Assembly (NCBI RefSeq): GCF_009914755.1
Contig: NC_060947.1
Source: the human T2T-CHM13v2.0 reference genome, Homo sapiens
Strand: one strand, 5' to 3'
DNA: 64,000 nucleotides
Part shown: in pieces, positions 12,861-28,462 of the stretch
Layout of the letters: the number at the start of each line of letters is the position of its first letter
How positions within the stretch are numbered: position 1 is the first letter of the stretch
The notes under the pieces: generated by a model
The model's database searches: none
Seen by the model: the letters and a program-made list of their open reading frames with translations, nothing else
What the model was told of the DNA's origin: nothing
Program-made: the position numbers and the translations under genes

Positions 12861-14849
12861 ACTTTGGAACGTTTGAATTATTTCTAAAATAAAATAAGAT
12901 ATATATTCTCAGAGAATGAATCAAACAAGACTCAAACAAAAATAACATATATGGAAATTTCTTTCATCATTTTTGTGAAGATATTGAAAATTGTAAAGCA
13001 CTAAAATGATTGACATACTATAATGAATATTTTTCACACATATATGACAACCTGATAGCAAAGTGCAAAAACAACAACTAGCACAAAACTATTCTGAAAA
13101 CCAAGATATGATTATGAGTAACAAGGAGAGGAAACTAAGTTAGATTTTGGTATCTCAGTATAAACGTTATACTAAGTATTTCACCATTTATCTTTCAAAG
13201 GTATTGCTTCTGTCTGCTCTGCCACACAGTTTACTGTCCCTGAAGGTTGAGTCATTCAGAGCTCACATGAACTTGTACTCAATTCCAATGAAGTGAAGGT
13301 ACATGTTTATTGGAGATGGAAAAAGACTACTTAACAAGTATTTCATCATTTTCTACAGTCTGACTTAGTTTTCATTGAAAATCTAATGAATATATTCAAG
13401 CTCCAGGGGAAACCACAGCCAGCCAAGCAAATAGTAGATTTGAGTAAGAATCAGAGTTATTGCCTGTCTCACCTCTCAGCATGGGATGAACAGTTCAGAG
13501 CATTTTCATTTTCCTGTTTCAAAAAGCCTATCTTCTAGTAAATGAAAAAAAAATATCTCACCTAACTGATTTTGCATTTGCCCTTTGTTTTTGCATTGGC
13601 CTCTATTTTACATTTTTATTTGACATTTATTAGACCAAATTTTCTTATATAACTATTCAAATGTATAAGACAGAATTGACTACAGAGTTTTGTGATTATG
13701 GCTTCAACTAGGCTTTGCTCGAGGATATAAAATTATCCTTGTTTTCTTTTTTGTTTTTTTTTTTGTTAATCCTACAGTGTTTCCTATGGTGTACAGAGGG
13801 TTCATGCACTGTGTAGTGAGCCAATTTGAATCACACCATGACTCTGTTTTCTAGAACTAGGCCAAAGATGGTCATGACATAGAACTGTATGTCCAAGCAG
13901 TCTCAAAATAAAGAATTGAAATCTAGACCTTAGGATTATCTTTATAGAGTGTCAGATATCCCGATGAAAATGGAAAATTGCAGTCAACTATGCATTCACT
14001 TGAAAAATTCCTGGATTTTTATCAAATGCTTTGTACATTTGAGACACTTAATATTATGTAGACTGGCAGGTAATTGTTGATCCAGTGCCATCTTGATTAT
14101 TATTTTTATCTAAAACTGTTTTGGTATTAATACTTCTGTTCCTAGAATTATGTTTAAAATGTATCTTTGTAGCATAGCAGGTCAGTGGAGAAGGGGTAAT
14201 TTTGATAAAAGTCCCACCTTTCCCCATTATAGTAAAAGCTCACATGCATTCTATGTAATTTTGACCTTGGTAAGATTCTTTAACTGTTTTCTTTCCAGTA
14301 ATCCATATTCATAAATAAATGCATCTACTGCAGTGAAAATAATATTTCCAATTGTGGCAATAATAGAATGAAGTAGGCTGGACATATCAGGAAATTGTGT
14401 GCAGGCATGGAGTGAGGATGAGGTGAGGGATGAACAGAAAGGTGGAAATCCAGTTTGACTAGAAGAGTTTGACAGATTATAAGAAGCTTGGATCAGAAGA
14501 TTCCAGAAGTTGGATGGAGTCATAGGTGAAGGATAAACTTGTGATCATAAGATTAATAAAGGCAATAAGAGAGAAGTCAGTCATCTCTTATTTCCCATAA
14601 ACATATATTTCAGAGTGGAGTGTACAAAAAATGGGTTTTGAAAGTAGACCAGGTTAAGTTTATTACATGTATGACAGTAATACCTAGTCTGTGGTGCAGA
14701 AAGCAAGGATCCTAAGGGAATATGCAAAGACCTGATCTTTATTCTCAGCCACTGCTATATGGTATTTACCCAGGGAAGACTCTCAAACTCCCTTGTTTTG
14801 CTCAGTCTATAATAATAGATGTGGCAGCTCTGCCTTCCAGACTTAACTG

Positions 14850-15766
14850 GGTCGGCAAGGTCACTTCCATGAGACCCTGGGTTGCAGCCATGTCTCTGAA
14901 CCACTGGCACATGGCAGTCTGCCTGATGGAACAGATAAGGGAGCCCTGTCCTCTGAAACTCTGGAAAAGACAGCTTCAACCACTGAGCTTGTGCCCTCTG
15001 GGCCTGTAGTGGAAGTAGCAGCCCTTCTAGTCTTCTAGCCACTTTTGAGGTCTTTCTTCTGCCTGGAAGGATAGCACATGCTTGCAACTGGATAGCTGTA
15101 TCAGCCCATCCTGTAGAATCTCAGACGTCCTACAGTCTTTCTTTATGTTGTCCTTTCTTTGTTTCCCTTAGTCTCAGCTGGCCCTGTTTCTGCTGATATA
15201 ACCACATTTTTATTCCTGCTTCTGCTAAAATGGCTAACACCATAATTTCTTTATTGAGTCGTTGTCCAGTCCCACCCTTAGTGTTCTCTCCAGAACATAT
15301 TTTCTCAATTTTTTGCAATATGAGTAGGCTAAGAATTCATTTTCAAGTTCTGATGCCTTTTTGTTTAACAATTTCTCTCTCAATTTATCTCTCTGCTTTT
15401 GCATTTTGCTACAAGCAACAAGAATAAACTAGACTGTATTTTCAACACTTTGCTTAGAAATCTTAGGTAAAAGAATCAAGTTTGTCACTTACAGTTTCTA
15501 CTTTCCACAAACACTAGAACACAATTCAGCCAAGTTATTTACCACTTCATAACAATGAGACTACCTTTCTTCTAGTTTCAATAGCAAGTTCTACATTTCT
15601 GTCTGAGACCTCAAGAGAATCACTATTCACAGTCTAAAACAATCTAGGTGTTTTATTAACACGCTTCTCAAAACTCTCCTGCTTCTATCCATTACCCTGT
15701 TTGAAAGCTAATTCCGCATTTTTAGAAATCTGTTAGAGGAGCACCCCACTTTTTAGTATCAAAGCC
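14850..15766 (-). mobile_element. ERVL-MaLR internal sequence (MLT-int-like), 5' part
   Basis: Homologous to the THE1 internal in this window: 15690-15766 (cattaccctgtttgaaagctaattccgcattttt...gcaccccact...agtatcaa) parallels 26070-26143. Left boundary approximate. Confidence 0.7.
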
Positions 15767-16187
15767 TGTATTATATGGGGTTCTTCATAGAAACAAAACC
15801 AACAGGAGATGCTCATTACAATAACATTGAAGAGGCTCTTCAAATAGAGATTTATTTTAAGGAATTGGCTTTTATGATTGGGAAGGTGTAAATCCAATAT
15901 CTACAAGATAGGCCAGCAGGCTAGGGACTTAAGGAGGAGATGCAGTACAAGTTCAAAGGCAATCTTCTGGCAGAATTCTTTCTTGCTTGAGGAAAGTCAG
16001 TCATTCTTTTGTTAACTGACTGGATGAAGCTTACCTACATTATGGTGGGAAATCTGCTTTACTCAAAGTCTACTGATTTAAATGTTAATGTTAACCGTAA
16101 AATAACGTCACAGAAACATTCTGGCTACCTCTTGAGCAAATCTCTAGACACAGTGGCTCAGCCAAATTGACACATAAAACTGTCACA
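15767..16187 (-). mobile_element. MLT2 (MLT2D/C-like) ERVL LTR
   Basis: tgtatta...aaggaattggct...aatctgctttactcaaagtctactgatttaaatgttaat...gccaaattgacacataaaactgtcaca. Confidence 0.8.
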
Positions 16188-16626
16188 GTCCCCCCAAAGA
16201 AAACTCGTGTCCACCTAAAATTTCAGGATGTAAATTTATTTGTAAGTTGAGTCTTTGCACATGTAATTAGTGAAGTCAAAATAAGGCCCTACTAGAGTAG
16301 AGTAGGCCCTAAACTTATTATGACTGGTATCCTTGTTAGAAGAAGGGAGGACACACAGACACACAGGGGAAAAAAGTCACATGACAACAGAGGCAGAGGT
16401 GGGATTGATGCAGTTACAAACCAGTGAATACCAAAGATTGCCAGCAATCACCAGAAACTAGGCAGAGGCAAGGAAAGATCCCCCCTTAGATCATTCAGAG
16501 AAAGGCACTGCCAACATCTTGATTTTAGACTTCTAGCCTCCAGAACTGTGAAAGAACAAATATCTACTATTTTAAACCACTAAGTGTGTGGTAATTTATT
16601 ACAGGAGCCCTGGGGAAGTAATGCAC
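16188..16626 (+). mobile_element. MLT1B/C-like MaLR LTR, missing its first ~15 bp
   Basis: gtctttgcacatgtaattag, cagaggcagag, cttgattttagacttctagcctccagaactgtga, tgtggtaatttattacag...taatgca. Confidence 0.8.
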
Positions 16627-16934
16627 ATACCTATGCTTTGTATTTTCTTGTCATTTTCTGGGGCTAGGGAAAATTATCTATATTGGCCCCCAAAGTGTCG
16701 TAGAGACAACGTAACACCAATTCCTGATTGTGGCTTATGTTTGGGAAATCATATTCCTAAAAACTGGGATCTTCTGTCACTTTTCACTTAAAATATAACA
16801 GGCAAGCCTATTATTAGGATTTATCAAAAGGTTAAAACCATGAGGTCATACTCTTTGGTGGCTGTCTGTGGAAACTGAGAAAGTGCCAATGTAAACTTGC
16901 ATCTCTTCTCTCCAAGCTAAGAATAATAAAATAA

Positions 16935-18047
<1,113 letters not shown>

Positions 18048-21000
18048 AAAAAATAGAGGTAGTGAATAAAAAAAATGTGGGGCATTAATTGCATTTAGAA
18101 TTTCTGACTTCTTGAATTAAAAATGAAATGATATACCTTTCCAAAAGGTATAGATCAAGAGCAAAATGTAAAAAGAAAACTTAGCCTGAGGCATAGGCAT
18201 GAGGTAGAATATTGGCAAATATTCGTTAATTTTCAGAAAAAAAATAATCATGTGAGCTTGGCCTTTGGGTTTGTGTGACTGTTATGAATATATCTGTGGG
18301 TGTGTGTAATAAGGATATCAAATAAAAGTTATATGATATCAGGGAAACAGTTAATGTTGACATGTATTATAAATACTGGCAAACAAGCAAACTGAGAAGA
18401 AAAAATGAAATTGTGATTTGGCTTGATTAAAAGTGTTGGTAATTATAGTCATTTATTTGAAGTGTTTACTATTTATGTCTAATTGTCATGCAGTTCAACA
18501 ATGATTATGCATATAATTAAATATATGCCTTAGGATTAACTTTATAATATATTGTGGTTGGTTATGGCACCCAATTCCATAGTGTATATTCCAATCTTCA
18601 TAGTTTATATCTCTGGTTATGTATTTACAAATTAGAAAAAGAAGAAAGGGAAAAACAGAGGATAGAAATATGGTTTTATGAGCCTGGCTGAATACTGATT
18701 GAAGAGATCTGGGAGATTCATATTTTCCGGCAGAGAAAGGCAGAGCACTGGAGGTGCCAATTTTATCAGAGGTAAAGGGCTAGGCTTTGCAAATACTTCT
18801 CAGACCTCAGTTTGGTAAGCTGACTCAGTAAATACCAAGAATGACAGCACCACAATGGAGTAGTGAGACACTAAATAAATACCTCAATTACTTGACTTTC
18901 TCTGTACTCCCAACCCAATTCTGCTATTAGTTGCAGGGCTAGTCCTATTAATATCCAGCAAACTCCTCATAGGTCAATCTCAAGACTGAAATGGATTAAC
19001 TAGTTTGGTTGATCTCTGAAAAGAAATCTACTGACTCTAAGAAGTTCTAAATAAGTTTTCAAAGGAAAAAAATGCAGCTAAAGCTCTATCTAGTTTGCAT
19101 TATTTGTTGTCAGTGGTGACAGGTAGTTGCTGAGTTCTCTCAGATGGTTTCATATGATAACCAAAAATGCTATCATCTAAAATTACAATGGATTTCACCA
19201 GTGACTGTCATCTTCCTTCAGGAATCATTGTCATTGCCCAGGTAATGGTTCAGAGAGATGTGAGCCTATGCATTAAATCATGGGTAACCTTTCTACTCAT
19301 AAACATTCAACCCCAATAATGACAGGTAAGCACTCAGCTGTTTTCCATTCAGAAGACTATAACACCATCATACTTCACTTGATTAAATAGCTAAGCCTAG
19401 GTTCCCATTATACAGAATATCCTAGTTATTGTACCCCTTCAAGCAGTATCCATTTTGAATTACATTAAATTAAACAATAATAATTTTAGAATTTTGAAAA
19501 TACCATTTTTATTTTTCCTCTTTTCTGACACCTTCTTGTACTCCAATTAATTTGTCTAGCCCCTAGGTTTATTTGAAACATCACTTCAAGGTACCAAATA
19601 CATGCTGTTGATAGTCAATCTACAAAGAAAGACTGGCAGTGCGAGCCAGAATGTGTTAAAAATGTGGTAATGCAGGTAATTCTCTACATTATCCAGGTGA
19701 TGTTGTAAACCTATTTATATAATTATAAAAATCTTAAAAGCAATGGGACTAATCTAAATTTTTAACGATGGAGAATTATTAAAGAACATTCTTCGACTCC
19801 ACTCTTTGGAAATCCACTCACATACGGGCAGTACTATTAAGACCTTAGCTCTCTGGGTATAATTTAATTTTATCAAATTAAATCATGTAATAAGGAATAA
19901 CTGAATTTAATAGCGATAAGTTCGCATCTGCAGTATTTCAGTTGAATATTAAACTATTTCTAAGTAGAGTCCCCTGTAATTTTTGTTTCAGGAATGATTC
20001 CAAAGAGCTCAGATTTTTCTGTGCAATGTCTATGCCAAAAGAAGAAAGAATAAAAAGCTTCTATTTGCCAAGAATATTCTGAAGATTTTCCCAGAACTGT
20101 AAAAGCAAGAATTAACAGTTCATTTGCAAATAGTGCTCTGAGATATCTCAACGACATAAATGTACTCTTTTGGTCTGTGTTCTCCAAGGAGTATAGCTTA
20201 AATTTTTTTCCTACAACACTTCCTACACCTGCCACACGCTGTTTCTTCAAATGAAAAATGTGCTAAAATCACAGGGCTTGCTTATTGGATCAGCCTGCAG
20301 CTTCCAAAGAAATTGACCAAGACTCCTGGATAATGAGAACTGTTAATTACCTGCAAAGATCTGGGATATGTGTTCATTACAGAAATTAATTTACTACATA
20401 ACAAAGACTGACTGTTCATTCTAAGGAAGCCAAAAAGGGTTGTTTTAAACAGGTCTTACTGGGATATTTGATTCAGCAGTAAAGCTATAACTCTAGAAAC
20501 ATGAATGGGAAGAGATGGGAATAAACAACCCAAAATTAGTACAATTCAAGAAAAGATGACTGTTGAGACATTAACATTAGTAGGAAAAGGCAACTGATTC
20601 ATAGATTCATTGACCCAACTTGACTATGAAAGCATTGTTGCACTTGGTCTTTTTCACCATCTATTGAACAAATATATGCCATATAGTTTAGTGCGCACTG
20701 GAAGTATCATAAATATTTCTGGACTTCTGTTGATTACTTTTTACTATATTGAGCTAGCTTCCAAGGAGAGTAGAGAGTTGCAGGTGCTAATTGGATATTA
20801 ATTAGGCAATGGTAATTTGCTCTACAGGTATTAAAATTTGTAATTTAATGTTATTTGTAACAAAAAGTGAAGTGCACTGGCTTAAATTTGGGGAGGGAAA
20901 AGGGAATAAGAATATGTTTTACCTATGATGTATTCTGAATTCAGTGTGTTAACTGCCTCATCACTTGCTTAAGTGATGTTATGGTTAATAAACTTGGACA

Positions 21001-21134
21001 GGTGTGTGACATTAAAATCAAGATTAACATAACATCAAACTCCATAGTAGCATAAAATGACTAGTGTCTACTATAGATAAATGTTTTAATGAAAGAAGCT
21101 GGAAATATTCCAGGTCATAATGCAGTTGCATTCA

Positions 21135-21385
21135 AAATACAGATCAAATGTCACCTCCTCTGTGAACAAAGGCTTTCTTGCAGTCTTCCTTCAAAATGGG
21201 TGAATAACAGTAGGTAACATTTATACTTTGTTCATACACATATGTTTAGACTTAGTACACTGTAATTAAAATATCCTTTTGCCTCTGCTTCTTTCCAATT
21301 AGGTTCCATTTTACTCAACTTTATATCCTAATACCAAGCACAATACCTGGCCTATAGTACAAACTCAATACAAATTTGGTGAATC
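21135..21385 (+). mobile_element. L2 3' fragment
   Basis: tcaaatgtcacctcctctgtga; agcacaatacctggcctatagtacaaactcaata...tgaat. Confidence 0.6.
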
Positions 21386-21389
21386 TCAG

Positions 21390-23239
21390 CTAGGAATTTC
21401 TGGGTCATATGATGGTACTATGTTTACATTTTTGAGAAACCGCCAAACCATTTTCCACAGTGGCTGCAACATTTTACATTCCTTATAGCAATGTACAAGG
21501 GTATCAATTTGTCTACATCCTTGCCAATAATTTTTATTTCTGTTTTTTTCAGATAATGGTTACAAAGTGGTATCTATCTCATTCTGGTTTTGATTTATTA
21601 TTCTCTGATAAACAGTGATGACAAACATATTTCCATGGACTAATTGACCATTTCTATGTCATCTTTGAAAAATATCTATTCAAATCCTTTGTCCATATTT
21701 GAATTGGGTTGGTTGCTGCTGTTGTTCTTCAGTTGTAGGAACTCCTAATATATTATGGATATTAATTTTGTATCAGAAATATGAATTACACACATTTTCC
21801 CTTTCTGTGTGTTGTCTTTTCACCCTGTCCCTGTGTCCTTGGATACAAAAAAAATTTAATGTTGATAAAATCGAACTTATTTACTTTTTCTTTTGTTGCC
21901 TGTACTTTTGAGGTCATATCCAATAAATTATGGTCAAATTCAGTGTCCTAAAGCTTTCCCCCTATCTTTTAGGTACATTCACATTATTGTGCGGCCATCA
22001 TTATAATCCATTTCAAGAACTTTTTCAGCTTTCTAAACAGAAATTCTACGCCCAGTAAACAGTAACCACATTCCTCTCTTCCCACAGATGTTGAAGCCAC
22101 TTTTCTACTATTCAGAGTTATTTGAGATTCCATATGAGTTTTAGAATGAGTTTTTGTATTTTGTCAAGAAGAAGAAAACATATAATTGGGATTTTAAGAG
22201 AGATTTCATTGAATCTCTATATCTCTTTGGGTAGTATTGCCATCTTAAGAACATTGAGTCTTACAATCTATGAATGCAGAGCATCACTTAATTTATTTTT
22301 GTCTTCTTTAATTCATGTGTCTTGTGACTGAGTTTAATTCACTTAAATTTAAAGTAATTATTCATAAAGAAGGGTATACTTTTGATACTGTTGTTTTTTT
22401 GTATGTCTCATACATTTCTAGTTCCTCATTTCCCCCATTACTACCTACTTTTAATCTTTTTTCTGTAGTTACACATTTTGATTCCCTTCTCACTCCCTTT
22501 TGTGTATATGTGATGGATATTTTCATTGGGTAAAAGTGAAAATACATGCAACATTGTAAATTTAAAAAAATTATAATCTGAATTGATACCAACTTCAATT
22601 GCATACCAAAATTATCCTATACAGCTCTGTTACCTCTCCCCACGTTATGTCATTGATGTCAATAACTAAATCTCTCTATATTGTTTACCCACTAACCTAG
22701 AATAATTAATTCATGTGTTTTTATTTTATATACTGTAGAACATAAAAAATGCAGTTATAAAACAAAATTATAAAGATACTGGCTTTAATATGCTCATTTA
22801 TTCTTTACTATAGACCCTTATATATTATCCAGCTTCAAGTTATTGTCCAGTATGCTTTTATTTCAACCTGTAAGGACTTCCTTTAGAATTTCTGTGAGGG
22901 CACATCTAATGTACTCCTTCAGCTTTTGTTGATCTGGGGATGTCTTAATTTCTTCCTTATATTTGAAGAATAAATTTGTTGGATATAGAATTCTCAGTTG
23001 AAAGTTTTCTGTGTTTTTGTGTGTTTGTTGCGGTTGTTTTGCTTTTAGCATCTTAAATATATCTTCTTACTGCTTTCTTGCCTCCAAGGTTTCTGCTGAG
23101 TAATTGGATGATAAACTTATTGAAGATTTCTTATATATTCTACATTATGAGTTTTCTCTCTGTTACTGCTTTTAAGAATCTCCTTGTCTCTGGCTTCTGA
23201 CAGTTTGACTATCCTATTTCTCAGTATATAACTCCTTTT

Positions 23240-23240
<1 letters not shown>
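21390..23240 (-). mobile_element. Patchwork of old L1M/L1MB fragments (ORF2 3', 3'UTR, ORF1)
   Basis: Antisense L1 motifs ttttccacagtggctgcaacattttacattcc; ORF 22863-23051(-) LRILYPTNLFFKYKEEIKTSPDQQKLKEY is ORF1p C-terminus-like. Confidence 0.75.
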
Positions 23241-24309
<1,069 letters not shown>

Positions 24310-26500
24310 TCTATAGTCTATTTTCACACTGCTATAAAGAACTAACTGAGACTGGGTAATTTATAAAGAAAAGAGATTTAATTGACTCACCATTCTGCAT
24401 GACTGGGGAGGCCTCAGGAAACTTACAATCATGGCAGAAGGTGAAGGGGAAGGAAGGCACGCCTTACATGGTAGCAGAAGAAAGAAAGAGAGAAGGAAGA
24501 CGTTCCACACTTTTAAACCATCAGATCTGGTGAGAATTCCCTCACTATCAGGAGAACAGCAAGGGGAAAGTCTGCCCTCAGGATTCAATCACCTCCATCC
24601 AGGCCCCTCCACCAACATGTGGGGATAACAATTTGAGATGAGATTTGGATGGGGACACAGAGTCAAACGATAACATTCTGCCCCAGCTCCCCCCAAATCT
24701 CATGTCCTTCTGACATTTCAAAACACAATCATGCCTTCCTAATAGTCCACAAGGTCTTAACTCATTTAAGCATCAACCCAAAAGTCCAAGTCCAAAATGT
24801 TATCTGAGATGAGGCAAATCCCCTCTGCCTATGAGCCTGTAAAATCAAAAACAAGTTAGTAACTTCCAAAATACAATGAGGTTACAGATATTGGGTAAAT
24901 ACATCCATTTCAAGTGGAAGAAATTGTGCAAAACAAAGGGGCTACAAGCCCCATGCAAGTCCAAAACCCAGCTGGGCAGTCATCAAATCTTATAGTTCCA
25001 AAATAATCTCATTTGACTCCATGTCTTAAATCCAGACCACACTGATGCAAGGGGTCAGCTCTCAAAGGCATGGGCAGCTCCACCCCTGTGGCTCTGTAGG
25101 GCACATCCCCTTTGACTACTTTCACAGGTTGGTATTGTGTGCCTGTGGCTTTTCCAGGTGCATCGTGCAAGCTGTTGGTGGATCTACAATTCTGGGGTCT
25201 AGAGGACAGTGACCCTCTTTTCACAGCTCCACTGGGCAGTGCCCAGAGGGAACTCTGTGTGAAACTCTGTAGGAAACCCTACATTTTCCCTCCATACTGC
25301 CCTAGTAGAGTTTTCCATAAGGGCTCTGTCCCTGGAGCTGACTTCTGCCTGGACATACATGTGTCTCTATACATCCTCTGAAATCTAGGTGGAGGTTCCC
25401 AAACTTTTGCCTTCTGCAAACCCACAGGCTGAACACCATGTTGAAGTCACCAAAGTTTGGGTCTTGCACCCTCTGAAGCAATGGTCTGAGCTGTATCTTG
25501 CCATGTATTAGCCATGGCTGGAGCTGGAGCAGCTGGGACACAGGACTCCATGTCCTGAGCCTGCACAGAGCAGTGGAGCACTGGGCCTGGCCCATGAAAC
25601 CATTTTTCTCTCCCAGGCCTCCAGGCATGTGATGGGAGGGTCTGGTACAAAGGTCTCTGACATGCTCTGAAGATATTTTTCCCATTTTCTTGTCTATTAA
25701 CTTTTGGTTTCTTTTTACCTATGCAAATCTCTGAAGTTGGCTTGAGTTTCTCCCCAGAAAATGGGTTTTTCCTTTCTACTACATGGTCAGGCTGCAAGTT
25801 TTCCAAACTTTTATGCTATGCTTCCCTTGTAAACATAAGTTCCAATTTTAGACCATCTCTCTTTGCTAAAGCATAACAGGAGTGACATTTACTCCAGTTT
25901 CTATTAAGTCCCTCATCTCCATCTAAGAGTACCTCAGCCTGGACTTCATTGTCCATATCACTATCAGCATTTTGGTCAAAACCATACAACAAATCTCTAA
26001 GAAATTCCAAACTTTCCCACATCTGTCTGCCTTCTTTTGAGCCTTTCAAACCATTCCAAACTCTGCTTAATACCCAATTCCAAAGTCACTTCCACATTTT
26101 CAGGTATCTTTATACTAGTACCCCACTCTAGGTACCAATTTTTTGTGTTAGTCCATTTTCACACTGCTATGAAGAACTACTTAACACTGAGTCATTTATT
26201 TTTAAAAAGAGGTTTAATTGGCTTACAGTTCTGCATGGCTTGGGAAGCCTCAGGAAACTTAAAATCAAGGCAGAAGGTGAAGGAGAAGCAAGCACATTCT
26301 TCATAGGGTGGCAGAAGAGTGAAAGCATGAAGGAGGAAGTACTATACTTTTAAACTATCAAATCTCGTGAGAACTCACTCATTATCATGATAAAAGCAAG
26401 GGGTAAGTCAAACCCAAGAATTCAGTCATGTCCCATGGGCCCCACCACCAACACATAGGGGTTACAATTCAAGGTAAGATTTGGGTGTGATACAGAACCA
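24310..26500 (-). mobile_element. Two-LTR THE1D-like MaLR provirus (LTR 24310-24675, internal 24676-26143, LTR 26144-26500)
   Basis: Two homologous ~360 bp LTRs (cacactgctat..gcctcaggaaactt..cagatct.gtgagaa..gatttgg) around a ~1.47 kb THE1-int with ORF remnants MENLQPDHVVE... and MWESLEFLRDLL.... Confidence 0.92.
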
Positions 26501-26896
26501 TTCCCGCTTTCCCACCTCACACACCCATTAACCCTCCTAGCCTCTGGTAGCCATTCTTCTACTCTGTTTCCATGAGTTCAATTGTTTTGATTGTTAAATC
26601 TCACAAATAAATGAAAACATGTGAAATTTGCCTTTCTATGCCTGGCTTATTTCACTTAACATAAAGATGTCTAGTTCCAAACATGTTGTTGCAAATGACT
26701 GAATCTCATTCTTTTTATGGCTAAATAGTACTCCATTGTGTATAAGTACCACATTTTCATTATCCATTCATCTGCTGACAGACACTTAGGTTGCTTCCAA
26801 ACCTTGGCTATTGTGAACAGTGCTGCAACAAACATGGGAGTACAGATATCTCTTTGATATATGAATTTATTTTATTTTAAATATATAATCAACAAT

Positions 26897-27355
26897 GAAG
26901 GAATCACACTACCTGACTTCTACGTATATTACAAGGCTACAGTAACCAAAACAGCATGGCACTGGTACCAAAACAGACATATCGACCAATGGAACAGAAC
27001 AGAGACCTCAGAAATAACACCACACATCTACAACCAACTGATCTTCAACAAGCTGGACAAAAACATGCAATGGGGAAATGATTTCGTAGTTAATAAATGG
27101 TGCTGGGAAAACTGGCTAGCCATATACAGAAAACTGAAACTGGACCCCTTCCTTACACCTTATACAAAAATTAACTCAAGATGGATTAAAGGCTTAAATG
27201 TAAAACCAAAAACCATAAAATGTCTTGAGGAAAACCGAGGCAATACCATTCAGGACATAGGCATAGACAAAGACTTCATGATGAAAACACCAAAATCAAT
27301 TGCAACAAAAGCCAAAATTGACAGGGGATCTAATTAAACTAAAGAGCTTCTGCAC

Positions 27356-27392
<37 letters not shown>

Positions 27393-28462
27393 CTATCATC
27401 AGAATGAACAGGCAACCTACAGAATGGGAGAAAATTTTTGCAGTCTACCCATCTGACAAAGGTCTAATATCTAGAATCTACGAGGACCTTAAACAAATTT
27501 ACAAGAAAAAAAATCAAACAACCCCATCAAAAAGTGGGCAAAGGATATGAACAGACACTTGTCAAAAGAAAACATTTATGTGGCCAACAAACATATGAAA
27601 AAAGCTCCACATAACTGATCATTAGAGAAATGCGAATCAAAACCACAATGAGATACAATCTCATGCCAGTCAGAATGGTGATTATTAAAAAGTCAAGAAA
27701 AAAATAGAAGCTAGCAAGGTGGTGGAGAAATAGCATTTACACTGTAAATGCTGTCCCCTCAGCATTTTACACTGTAAATGCTGTCCCCTCAGCATTTTAC
27801 ACTGTAAATGCTGTCCCCTCAGCATTTACACTGTTGATGGGAATACAATTTGGTTCAACCACTGTGAAAGACAGTTGGCGATTTCTCAAAGATCTAGAAC
27901 CAGAAATACCATTTGACCCAGCAATCGCAATACTGGGTATATGCCCAAAGGAATACAAGTTATTATCCAATAAAGACAAATGTACACGTATGTTTATTAC
28001 AACACTATTTACAATAGCAAAGACATAGAACCAACCCAAATGCCGATCAATGATAGACTGGATATAAAAAAATGTGGTACATATACACCATGGAATACTA
28101 TGCAGCCATAGAAAGGAATGAGATCATGTTCTTTGCAGGGACATGGATGAAGCTGGAAGCCATCATCCTCAGCAAACTAACACAGGAACAGAAAACAAAC
28201 ACTGCATGGTCTCACTCATAAGTGGGAGTTGAACAATGAGAATACATGGTCACAGGAAGGGAAACAACACACACTGGGGCCAGTCGTGGGGTGGGAGGTG
28301 AGGGGAGGGAGAGCACTAGGACAAACAGCTAATGCATGCAGCGCTTAAAACCTAGATGACAGGCTGATAGGTTCAGCAAACCACCATGGCACCTGTATAC
28401 CTATGTGATAAACCTACACATTTTGCACTTGTAGCCCAGAACTTAAAGTAAAATTTGTATAT
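26897..28462 (+). mobile_element. 5'-truncated L1PA8/8A-type LINE-1
   Basis: ORF 26861-27337 [33 protein letters not shown]; 3'UTR ggacaaacagctaatgcatgc..cttaaaacctagatgac; decayed 18-bp TSD aaatatataatcaacaat (26879-26896) / aaatatatatgcagcagt (28463-28480). Confidence 0.88.
27732..27834. repeat. 29-30 bp minisatellite, 3.5 copies, palindromic unit
   Basis: (agcattt[t]acactgtaaatgctgtcccctc)x3 + agcatttacactgt. Confidence 0.97.

Noticed and set aside
25009-26049. Cluster of 70-127 aa ORFs
   Set aside because: Broken remnants of the THE1/MaLR internal ORF.
27732-27834. CRISPR-like array (palindromic ~30-bp repeats)
   Set aside because: The linker is identical in every unit, so there are no unique spacers; no cas genes; embedded in a primate L1.
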